Origin: Macrostomum lignano
Lineage: Eukaryota
NCBI GenBank assembly: GCA_002269645.1
Contig: NIVC01001839.1
Coordinates: 24,208-88,207 of the forward strand
Length of the DNA stretch: 64,000 nt
Direction: 5' to 3'
Shown in pieces: positions 1 to 12,400 of this stretch. The notes beneath the pieces are model-generated. The model saw nothing but the letters and a program-made list of their open reading frames with translations, ran no database searches and was not told where the DNA came from. The position numbers were made by a program, and so were the translations under genes. How positions within the stretch are numbered: position 1 is the first letter of the stretch; each line of letters begins with the position of its first letter.

Positions 1-876
1 AAAAAGATCTGGACGACGATAAATTGTCAAAGGGGTTTGTTTGTTTGTTCGTTTGTTTATTTGTTTGTTTGTTTGTTTGTTTTATAATCTTTATTTTGAC
101 GCTTACTAACGAATTCCCCGCACCGATACTAAGGAATTCCTTATTAGGTGATTAGAAATTACCAATTAGGCGATTAATCAAGAAATTTCCCAACTGAAAA
201 TACTTGGAAACCTGGACAGAAATTAGAAATTTCTAATGAAGAGCAACAATTCTATTATAAGAAGCAACAATTTCTCAATAGGCAACAAGAATTCCCCAAT
301 CTAAAGCAAGAATTCCCCAATCGAAAGCAAGTATTCCCCAATCGGAAACAAGAATTTCCCAATCGGAAATGAGAATTCCCCCATCGGAAACAATAGTTCC
401 CCAGTCGGAAACAAGAATTCCCCAATCGGAAACAAGAATTCCCTCATCGGAAACAATAGTTCCCCAGTCGAAAACAATAGTTCCCCAGTCGGAAACAAGA
501 ATTTCCCAATCGGAAACAAGAATTCCCTCATCGGAAACAATAGTTCCCCAGTCGGAAACAATAGTTCCCCAGTCGGAAACAAGAATTCCCCAATCGGAAA
601 CAAGAATTCCCTCATCGGAAACAAGAATTCCCCACTCAGAAACAAGAATTCCCTAAACACATCCGCAGACGCTCGTCCGTTCCTCTCAATGATTCCGAGA
701 ACATTCACCAGCAGCAACAGACTCTGGAGCAGCAGAAGCAGCAGCAGCCACTAAAGCAGAAAGATGCGGATGAAATAGAAGACGACGAACACTCGTCCAG
801 TTCTGCTGAAGACGAGAGCGGAGCGCAAACCGCAGCTCTGGTCACCGTGCTGGTGGACACGTCTGTTCAAGATTGA
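1..876 (+). CDS. 3' end of duplicate GPCR gene: end of penultimate exon (1-34) and last exon (669-876)
   Basis: KDLDDDKLSK-GG|gtttgt donor at 35. Acceptor ccgcag|A at 669 restores the frame: GRSSVPLNDSENIHQQQQ...VLVDTSVQD-TGA. Mirrors 43993-44026 and 42599-42806. Confidence 0.75.
255..655 (+). repeat. ~21-bp minisatellite (CCCCAATCGGAAACAAGAATT) in GPCR last intron
   Basis: Direct tandem units; explains the spurious ORFs 301-717 and 369-656. The mirrored array at ~42820-43630 is longer. Confidence 0.95.
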
Positions 877-1459
877 CTTAACTACGAGCAAAACGAATTA
901 ACCAATTGTATCTTTATCGCTGAGTAGCAACCTGCAGTAGCTACTTGGGTAAATTTTGTAAATACATACGTAAGGAGTTTTAAGTCACAATTTAGACCAC
1001 TGAATGTCTGAAGTGAAACATTTTTAAAGAACTGAGAATACCGTAGCAAAAAAGACCCGACTATTTTTATGCTAATTTACCATTTACATTGTACGCTATT
1101 GAAATATATTTCACGAATATTTAGATTTGATACCTTAAATGCTTAAATAAGTTTGTTGGCACTTTACAATAGTCTCTTTTAACTCTCTGCTTACTCTAGA
1201 CTACAGCTTCGGTTGTTATTTTAGCCCGGTAGTCAACCAAATCTTGCAAACCATCCTAACCTGAAATTGTAAGAGTTTGGAAGGCTGTGCATGATGTGTA
1301 CACTCTTATTTAGATATTTCACGCGTACCAAAAGTAAAAATCGAAATATATGAATATATAATTAGATTGCTTTCCCTACTCTTACTAAATCTTATTTACT
1401 GTTATTTGATTAGAGCCGCGTACTTATTTTAGGATGGGAGAGGAAGATAGTATGGGAGA

Positions 1460-1735
1460 GCGTGCTGTGAGCCAGCCAATGAGAGCAAGCTGAGAGTTAG
1501 AAGGGTAGACGCAGAAGCGTTGATAAGTGGGAAACGAGCGTACAATGATCCAGCCAATAAGAGTAAGCTGAGGGGTAGAGGTGCAGAGGGGTTGATAGTG
1601 GGAAAGGAACGTGCTGTGAGCCAGCCAATGAGAGAAAGCTGGAGGGTAGAAAAGTAGGCACAGAAATGTTGATAAGTGGGAAAGGAGTGTACAGTCAGCC
1701 AACCAATAAGATACGGCTGAAGGGTAGACAGTAAA
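1460..1735 (+). repeat. Degenerate ~75-bp tandem repeat, 4 units, each with a CCAAT motif
   Basis: CCAAT at 1476, 1554, 1625 and 1703 in similar context (cagccaatRaga..agctga..gggtaga); mirrored at ~41770-42050. Confidence 0.7.
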
Positions 1736-2322
1736 ATGAGATGTCGCGAAACGAACAGTGAGCTCAGTAAGCCGGCTCATTAGGCAGAAACTGTGGAGTG
1801 GAATTGAAAATGTAGAAAAAACCCAAATGTAGTAAAATAGAGGACGAAAAATAGAAAGAACGTATATAATCTGAACGACATGGGGATATCATGAGTTTTT
1901 TTACTAGGTGTAGGAACCATTATTAGGGTCGAATCCCACAAAGTCAGCTTTGCCAATTGAGTGTATGTACTGCTTTTTGTGAAAATCGACCAGATGTCCA
2001 ACACAAACAGAGGCACTCTACATTATGGATCGACGCTCATGATGCAGACAACTGTGAGCGTCAGTGACAAATTGCGGTTGCAGTCAGCACTCTCGATAGC
2101 ACTTCACTATCGGCTGAGGGCAATTTTTCTTTTAATCAGAATCCCCTTCAGGCAACAGCTCAAATTTTCGTCCGCGATCGTCATCAAGCTAAGGGCTCAC
2201 TGCACATTGAGAGCGGCGACTGTGGCGAGGATTAGAGCGTACTGATTTGAATAAATTATTCAGAATGAAGAGGACACGGCTGGGCTTCACTCTCTGTAGT
2301 AAGAGTGTTAGAAAGCGAGGCC

Positions 2323-2710
<388 letters not shown>

Positions 2711-3164
2711 AACAAGGTTAAATCGCCTGCCATTCTCAGAGTCACCTACTTGCTGTCAGACGCACTGCTGAATGCATAATCGAAAAAAGGAACTGAGAAG
2801 TGTTCTGATAGAGAAATCCAAGGATATCCGCTGGGATTCAAGCGGTTGTCAGCTTCACCGGAGGAATTTTAAATCTTGTCTGTCACTTACAATCTACCAT
2901 TTTTCATAGATTTTCATTACGAAAAGTGCGCCCAACTGTGCACCAATTTGCTATTGCCACAAGCTGATTTTCGTTGCAATAATGAGGAAAAATTGTAACG
3001 AGGAACTGACGTGTTGCATTCGCACTCGAGTGCAGCCTGAATTTGAATCAGTTCTAACCCATCTCACCCGCGCTGTCCCCTGGGAGACAGTGTGGCCAAT
3101 AAAATTAACCGACTCTAGAAGAGTCTGGATCCCGGAGTGAAATTCAAGTAATATTCGACATCTT

Positions 3165-3390
3165 AATATTCATATTCATATAGCTATGTGATTCACATTC
3201 ATAATTCATATATGTGATTCATATTCATATTTAATATTCGTGGTTCAAATCCATAATTTATATTCATGATTCATATTCATATTTCATGTTCGTAATTCAT
3301 ATTCATTGTTCATGTTTGTAATTCCTATTTAAAATTCATCATTTCTAATTAGTCGTCACGGTATACAGTCACAATTCAGAATTCACATCC
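3165..3390 (+). repeat. Degenerate (ATTCAT)n low-complexity tract
   Basis: Repeated attcat/ttcata hexamers; mirrored at ~39790-40020. Confidence 0.75.
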
Positions 3391-3431
3391 CTATTCGTAA
3401 CAAACGCATTATGTAAATATATTTATTAACA

Positions 3432-4999
3432 AAGGGCTGGCCGCCCACTACCGCGAGGTGCTCAGCGCGCCCGCTCCAACTGCGCCTCTTCTGCCAATCC
3501 CAGACTTCGCTCCAGCCCAGCCAGGCGCCTTCAACACCGGCCCCATCACTGCAGGCGAGGTTGACCGAGCACTGAGGACCATGCGAGTTGATGCCGCCGC
3601 TGGGGTGGACGCCATCCCTCCCAGGGTCCTGAAGCTGCCCGAACGCACCCCAACCATCACAAGCCTGCTAAACAAACACTGCAGCCCAGCCTTGGAGGCA
3701 ACGAGACCGCCTCAGCTCCTCAGCAATGGCGCACCTCCAAGATTGTCTCCATCCCGAAGAAAGGCGCCTCCACCAGCTTGGACAACCAGCGGGGCATCGC
3801 GCTGGAGTGCACAACGCCGAAGCTGCTGAACGCGACTCTGCGCAACCCGCTGCTGCTGAGCCTCCAAAGCGGCTTCCGCCCGGGGCAGGTCCACCACCGA
3901 GCAGGTTGCCACCATCCGCTCTGTCATCGAGGCCTGCAAGACCCGCCAGCGCTCCGTGTCAATCATCTTCGTCGACTCTCGCAAGGCGTTTGACTCGGTG
4001 TCCAGGCCTGCAATTGCGGGGCTTTTATCGCATTATGACGTGCCTGCTGCGCTGGTGAGTGCCGTGGTGGACCTCTACCGCGTCTCCAGGGCTTTTGTCA
4101 TGTCGAGCGACGGCCCCACAGAAGAGTTCGGCACCAGCTCAGGCGTCCTTCAGGGCGACACGCTGGCTCCTCTGCTCTTCCTCTTGGTTGTGGACTACGT
4201 GCTTCGTCGGTTCCTCCGCGAGGATGACAGCTACTTGCTGGTCCCACGCCGAAGCTCCAGACACCCTGATGTTTCGCTTCCCGCTCTCGCGTATGCTGAC
4301 GACATCGCGCTGCTCTGCCGCGACCCAGCTGTGGCCCAGCGCGCTCTCACAAGGCTTTGCGACGAGGATGCCCGTGTTGGGCTGCTGGTGAACGCTCGCA
4401 AGACGAAGGCGCTGCACGTGGGCACGAATACCGCCCCAGCTCTTACGCTGCCCAATGGAGACCGCATCGCGGTGTGCGAGGTTTTCCGGTACTATCTATC
4501 CTCCTCAGGAACGTTTTTAATTTAGCTGCCAGAGACGACCTGAAGGTGCGCCTGTTCCGCGCGGCCGTCGAGCCGATCCTGCTGTACGGCATGGAGGCTG
4601 TGCCGCTGACCGAGACGCGAGAGCGAAATCTGGACGCGCTCTGCCGATCGCTGCTGGGCGTGCACTACCCGGATCGCCTGCCGACCAACGCTCTGATGGC
4701 CCGCGCTGGGACGCCGCCCCTGAGCGATCGGCAGAGCTCAGCAGCACCCTGAGCCAGATGCTTCTGGGCCACTGCCTACGGACCCTGGGTCGCGGCGCGC
4801 CCGTCCCGCTGGCCCTGGCCATGCTGCACCGGCCGACCGAGCAATTCCGCCGCGGTCAGGCCCGCACTGCCACTCTAACGGACTGCCTCATCGCTGACTT
4901 GCAGGCGTTTGACCTGACCCCTCAGGCTGCTGCTGCCTGCCCCTCCGGCCTGTTCTGCGAACGCGTGCGCGCAAGGGGCCTCCCCTCTGCGTCTTAAAA
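3432..4999 (+). mobile_element. 5'-truncated, decayed RTE-clade non-LTR retrotransposon (RTE-a, left copy)
   Basis: RT motifs SGFRPG, IIFVDSRKAFDSV, GVLQGDTLAP, LAYADDIALL and RTE-typical VEPILLYGMEA. Frameshifts and an internal deletion. Flanked by the direct repeat TAAATATATTTATTAACA (3414-3431; 5000-5017). Confidence 0.92.
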
Positions 5000-5002
5000 T
5001 AA

Positions 5003-5249
5003 ATATATTTATTAACATATATTTATTAACATATATTTATTAACATATATTTATTAACATATATTTATTAACATATATTTATTAACATATATTTATTAAC
5101 ATATATTTATTAACATATATTTATTAACATATATTTATTAACATATATTTATTAACATATATTTATTAACATATATTTATTAACATATATTTATTAACAT
5201 ATATTTATTAACATATATTTATTAACATATATTTATTAACATATATTTA
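5003..5249 (+). repeat. 14-bp tandem array (ATATATTTATTAAC) x17 at the RTE-a 3' junction
   Basis: Perfect units at 5003-5240; the unit is the core of the element's target-site duplication. Confidence 0.97.
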
Positions 5250-5873
5250 ATCTTGCCAAATAATTTGCTCGAAACTGCAAAGTGTAGAAAAAGTTGCAAG
5301 TCGCCACTCGTAAACAGAAATTTCTCGCTGGCTAACATTATTTTTAAAAAAGAGCAACTTCGATGCTATTTGACTGCTATCTAATCTCCAACTTCTAGAT
5401 CTGGCAACCTTCGCCTTTGACTGAACGAAAATAATATAAAATGAAAAACCCGGTCAAGAAATGACGGAGAGAAGCAATTTGCGAAGAATAAATTCGACGC
5501 GTTCCCAGGAAAGGATGGAAAGAGGCACGCCTGAGCTATCAGCTATCATCAGAGTGGTGGGGGCTTTTGCCTGTCTTCAACAGGAAGCCCCGGAATCCCT
5601 CGCTATCCCACAATTTCCTGACCAGCACCTGATGTTACAAGTGCTGAAGAAATAAATGAGGCAAGGAATTGTTAATTAAAATAAGTGATGGTTTTTACCG
5701 CTAAATTAAATAACTTGAAGGCTTGATTGATGATGGGCTTACCGGGAGTCTGGATAGACAGCCGAATTTCTATATGCTGCATCTTATCTATAAAACGAAA
5801 AAATAATTTCTATACGGGACAGCGCCGCCTTAGCGGTAAACTGCATTACACAATACTTAACAATTGCAAATAT

Positions 5874-6582
5874 AATTGCAAATAATTCAAATTAGTTGAA
5901 TAAGGCACCAAAATGAGTGCCTGTGGCGCCAAAATGAGTTTAATGCAGCGCCAAACTGAGTACCTGCAGCGCCAAAATGAGTGCCTGCGGCGCCGAGATG
6001 AGTGGCACCGGCGCTAAAATGAGTGCCTGCACTGCCTGCGGCGCCAAAATGAGTACCTGCGGCGCCAAAATGAGTTGAATGCGGCGCCAAAATGAGTTGA
6101 ATGCGGCGCCAAAATGAGTTGAATGCAGCGCCAAACTGAGTGTCTGTGGCGCCAAAATGAGTGTCTGTGGCGCCAAAATGAGTGTCTGTGGCGCCAAAAT
6201 GAGTTTAATGCAGCGCCAAACTGAGTACCTGCAGCGCCAAAATGAGTGCCTGCGGCGCCGAGATGAGTGGCACCGGCGCTAAAATGAGTGCCTGCACTGC
6301 CTGCGGCGCCAAAATGAGTACCTGCGGCGCCAAAATGAGTTGAATGCGGCGCCAAAATGAGTTGAATGCGGCGCCAAAATGAGTTGAATGCAGCGCCAAA
6401 CTGAGTGTCTGTGGCGCCAAAATGAGTGTCTGTGGCGCCAAAATGAGTGTCTGTGGCGCCAAAATGAGTGCCTGTGGCGCCAAAATGAGTCCCAGCGACG
6501 CCAAAATGAGTGCCAGCGACGCCAAAAATCAGTAATATTAACACCGATTCTTTGTTCTTTGATTTTTCGTTTATGAATATTG
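5874..6582 (+). repeat. Left-arm-specific ~710-bp segment with 21-bp minisatellite (GCGCCAAAATGAGTNNNTGYG)
   Basis: Absent from the right arm, where caattgcaaat joins directly to atgcctttgtcc (~36690-36710). Contains a ~265-bp higher-order duplication (5926 vs 6191). Confidence 0.9.
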
Positions 6583-7642
6583 ATGCCTTTGTCCCTCCCA
6601 CCGACATAATAATTCATAGATCATAAGATCCAGCACAGGTTTTCTCATTCCACACAAAATTTAAGAATGGTTGTTGGATAGCCACGTGACGGTGTACATT
6701 GGGGAGCACCTGTGGAATAATAGATAAAATTAATTGCCATTATATTGTATGAGAAAAAATTATAGCAGTCAGTAAATTATTTTTTATTACGCCTATAGGC
6801 CTTAATAGTGGACTTATCATCATAAATCTAAAATAAAATTTAACTTCAATAGTAACACAACAGCCGTAAAACAGCCATTGTTTTTATATTAGATTCCATG
6901 TCTATTAGCATCGACCGTGACCAGCTATTTATGCGACCAAAAATCGCATTAGCGGATTTGTTTGATCTTGGCCGCCAAGGGTCCATCTATTTAGCCAATC
7001 TAATATGCTATTGAGCAATGCAAAGTAGGTATCTACGTTTCTAGATAAGAGTGTTTTAAAATTGCTGGAAAAACAGACGTAATTCTGGGTCAATAAAACA
7101 TGCTTTTAAAATCATATCTGCGCCCAGAAGATTCGCGCTATTGAGTGTTGGGACAATCGGCCCGATCAATATCTGTGAATTTCGTCGAAAAAACATGTAA
7201 TCGATCGACTGAGAGAAATACTCGCTTATCTCTGCATGCAATGCAGTAAAACAAATTCGGTTTTGTCGATATTTCAATATTCGGAATAGCAACAGATTAT
7301 ATATTTATAATATTTTTAATACGAACAAAAAATTCAATTATAACTAGAAATAAATATTCAAAGTGAGAATAAATCGTTTGATTTGATTAGTCTGACTGTC
7401 TGTCCGGTCCGCTCTCAATTTTTTGACAGGATCGAGAGACTGACCGAGCCGCCCAGACATCATGCAAATCGATCAGGATACATCAGAACCGATTCAGCTT
7501 GCTCCTAAATGCTTTTTAATCGACTTCGGAGCTCTGAGGCTGTTGTTTGAGGAATACTTTTTCTCATTTGGATAAAATGCAAGGCATGTTCAACAAAAGT
7601 ACGCTAAGAGAGATAGGAGAGAAAAAGCCAATAAGGGCATTG

Positions 7643-8040
<398 letters not shown>

Positions 8041-9401
8041 TTGGAGGGCATCAAAAATGTTGCATGCAAGCAGCTGAAAAGAGATCGCTGAAGCATGCAA
8101 CAGCAATCTTCTAAGAACCGCGGGGAGAAAAGTTCGGGTTAAGCCAGTTGGTTGCAGAAGAGCCGGAAAGTGGCAGATGTGATGCAGCGGGAGCCAGAGG
8201 GAGAGAGGCACCTGAGCAGCTGAACTCCGCAATCATCTCCATACAGCTGATTTCGTCAAGTCATGGAGGAAGAGAGTTCAGTTCCGCTTGATGAGAGCTG
8301 GGAAATTCCGCCTCAACGCTATTTGGACGGGCGATGATGGGGTTTGAGCTGGGGCAGCCATGCAGATGGCAGCGCATCATCACTCAGTCAGGCAGTCCAA
8401 AGGCGTTATCTCAGCCTCTTGAACGCCGTGACAGGGAGAGAGAGACTTAGTTAATTCCGATAAGCCGTCTGAACATTGATTTCTATATAAATGATTTAGC
8501 TACATGTATAAGTATAAAGGCAGCTATAGTTGTTAATTATTCGCATCGATTCCTGCATGGCAGTTTTATCACCTCGCTAAAGCCGGTAGATAAACGGATT
8601 GATATTATGTATATTTTCTTCACTGTGCGAATAAATCAAGATGGAAGGCCTCTTATATTCTGGCAATACCTTAATCTGCTAGTTTTATCAATAGATTAAT
8701 CAACAAAAGAATTGATCAAATAACCGAATGCGAAGAGGAAAAAGAGAAACTTTGATAAGAACTCGAGGATGGCCGCCCAAGTACGTCTCATGGCTTGCTG
8801 CTTATATTCTCTGAGGAATATGCTCGCTAGTATTTATTCATGGACTGTGGGAAACGCAAATTAAAATTTTCATTTAGTCACTTTCTGCATAGGTTAGACT
8901 ACATAATACATGTAAATGTGTGCGGCTGTCTGCTAACAGAGGACGGTTAATCATGGACGGCTAAAGTACATGTACGATCGTAGAAAGGACTCCGCGAAAA
9001 GGTTTTCTTCTTTGAACCTTCGGAGCTTTTGAATTTTAAATGAAAGAATTGTACTTTGTTTATATAAAAAATTATCGCAAATTAAAACGAAAATTTCTTG
9101 CAACCGTCTAAAAACGAAGTGCATTAAATTCAAGATGGAAGACCGCGAGTATGGTAAGAAGTGTGCGAACGCAAGTGCGGGCCATGCTACTTAACAAGTA
9201 GCTTTAAAATTTTTTTTGCTCAAAAAATAAAAAAATATGATGAATGCTTATTAATTCATAGTATATTTATTACAAAATCATAATACTGGTGAAGAAATTG
9301 ATCTGATTTTTTAAGCACAGTCTCTGAAATCGGACTCATTCAGAATAATTAAAAGGCTTTCTTAGAAAGACGAATAAACATCAAGTCGTCAGAATGATCA
9401 A

Positions 9402-12400
9402 TCAATTGGTCCATTCTTCCTTCCAGTCGTCTTCAGTCGATTGCCAACTGTCCCGAAGCTGTGAAAATCGATTTTTTTACTTTCTGTTTTACTTGACTTC
9501 AGGGTCTGGGGATTCGGATTTCTGGGTCTGAGGATTGGGATTTCTGGGTCTGAGGATTGAGATTTCTGGGTCAGAGGATTGGGATTTCAGGATCTGAGAA
9601 TCGGAACTTCAGGATCTGAAGGATCGCGGGACTTCATGGTCTAAGGATCGGGACTTCAGGATCTGAGGATCGGGACTTCGGGATCTGAAGATCGGGACTT
9701 CAGGTTCTGAGGATTGGTGAGACTTCAGGATCTGAGGATCGGGACTTCGGGATCTGAAGATCGGGACTTCAGGGTCTGAGGATCGGGACTTCAGGGTTTG
9801 AGGATTGGTGGGACTTCAGGATCTGAGGATCGGGACTTCAGGATCTAAGGATCGGGACTTCAAGTTCTGAGGATCGGGACTTCGGGATCTGAAGATCGGG
9901 ACTTCAGGGTCTGAGGATCGGGACTTAAGGATCTAAGGATTGGGACTTCAGGATCTGAGGATCGGGACTCCAGGATCTGAGGATCGGGACTACATGGTCT
10001 AAGGATCGGGACTTCAGGATCTAAGGATCGAGACTTCAGGGTTTGAGGATTGCTGGGACTTGAGGATCTAAGGATTGAGACTTAAGGATCTAAGGATCGG
10101 GACTTCAGGATCTGAGAATCGGGACTTCGGGATCTGAAGATCGGGACTACAGGGTCTGAGGATTGGTGAGACTTCAGGATCTGAGGATCGGGACTTCAGG
10201 ATCTAAGGATCGGGACTTCAAGTTCTGAGGATCGGGACTTCGGGATCTGAAGATCGGGACTTCAGGGTCTGAGGATTGGTGAGACTTCAGGATCTGAGGA
10301 TCGGGACTTAAGGATCTAAGGATTGGGACTTCAGGATCTAAGGATCGGGACTTCAGGATCTGAGAATCGGGACTTCGGGATCTGAAGATCGGGACTACAG
10401 GGTCTGAGGATTGGTGAGACTTCAGGATCTGAGAATCGGGACTTCGGGATCTGAAGATCGGGACTTCAGGGTCTGAGGATTGGTGAGACTTGAGGATCTG
10501 AGGATCGGGACTTCGGGATCTGAAGATCGGGACTTCAGGGTCTGAGGATCGGGACTTCAGGGTTTGAGGATCGGGACTTCAGGGTTTGAGGATTGGTGGG
10601 ACTTCAGGATCTAAGGATCGGGACTTCAAGTTCAGAGGATCGGGACTTCGGGATCTGAAGATCGGGACTTCAGGGTCTGAGGATTGGTGAGACTTCAGGA
10701 TCTGAGGATCGGGACTTAAGGATCTAAGGATTGGGACTTCAGGATCTGAGGATCGGGACTCCAGGATCTGAGGATCGGGACTTCAGGATCTGAGGATTGG
10801 GACTTCAGGATCTGAGGATCGGGACTCCAGGATCTGAGGATCGGGACTCCAGGATCTGAGGATCGGGACTTCAGGATCTGAGGATTGGGACTTCAGGATC
10901 TCAGGATCGAGACTTCAGGGTTTGAGGATTGGTGGGACTTCAGGATCTAAGGATCGGGACTTCAAGTTCTGAGGATCGGGACTTCGGGATCTGAAGATCG
11001 GGACTTCAGGGTCTGAGGATTGGTGAGACTTCAGGATCTGAGGATCGGGACTCCAGGATCTGAGGATCGGGACTTCAGGATCTGAGGATTGGGACTTCAG
11101 GATCTCAGGATCGAGACTTCAGGGTTTGAGGATTGGTGGGACTTCAGGATCTGAGGATCGGGACTTAAGGATCTAAGGATTGGGACTTCAGGATCTGAGG
11201 ATCGGGACTCCAGGATCTGAGGATCGGGACTTCAGGATCTGAGGATTGGGACTTCAGGATCTCAGGATCGAGACTTCAGGGTTTGAGGATTGGTGGGACT
11301 TCAGGATCTAAGGATCGGGACTTCAGGTTCTGAGGATCGGGACTTCGGGATCTGAAGATTGGGACTTCAGGGTCTGAGGATTGGTGAGACTTCAGGATCT
11401 GAGGATCGGGACTTCAGGATCTGAGGATTTGGACTTCAGGATTCAGAGAATTTAAAACTTCAGGATCAGGACGATTTATGACTGCAGAGTGACTCTCTCA
11501 AGTCAAGGATAGAAGTTTCGAGACTTGAATTATTAGTTTTAAATAAACAAGCTTTTAAATAAACAAAAAAACAAAAAGATCACTCACAAACAGATTCCCC
11601 TGCAGCTGCACTCCAACCACCTGAAGCAGCAGCTGCCGCAGCTGCCAGCCTCCCAGAGCATTGATGGGGCCGCTCTCCAGTCGCAATCGGTCGCGCACAA
11701 GTCGCAGTGCAGTCGTCTTTGCAGACCCTCCACTCGAGCTGGCGGTCGCGGCAGTTGAGGTCAGACGATCGTGAAGACGCTGGGAAAAATGTTTGGAACA
11801 AGTTTTTTTAATTGGCTGTCACTGTCGACAGTCCAGGATATCCAATTTCAATATAGATATCCCATTCTCTGTAGTCAAAATATTCCCGATTCTCTCTCCC
11901 TACCCTAGATATTCCACTCTCCCTACCCTAGATATTCCACTATCCCTACCCTAGACATCCCCACTATCCCTACCATAGACACCCAACTCTCCCTACCCTA
12001 GATATTCCACTCTCCCTACCCTAGATATTCCACTCTCCCTACCCTAGACATCCCACTCTCCCTACCCTAGACATCCCCACTATCCCTACCATAGACACCC
12101 CACTCTCCCTACCCTAGATATTCCACTCTCCCTACCCTAGATATTCCACTCTCCCTACCCTAGACATCCCACTCTCCCTACCCTAGATATTCCACTCTCC
12201 CTACCCTAGATATTCCACTCTCCCTACCCTAGACATCCCACTCTCCCTACCCTAGATATTCCACTCTCCCTACCCTAGATATTCCACTCTCCCTACCCTA
12301 GACATCCCACTCTCCCTACCCTAGATATTCCACTCTCCCTACCCTAGATATTCCACTCTCCCTACCCTAGACATCCCACTCTCCCTACCCTAGATATTCC

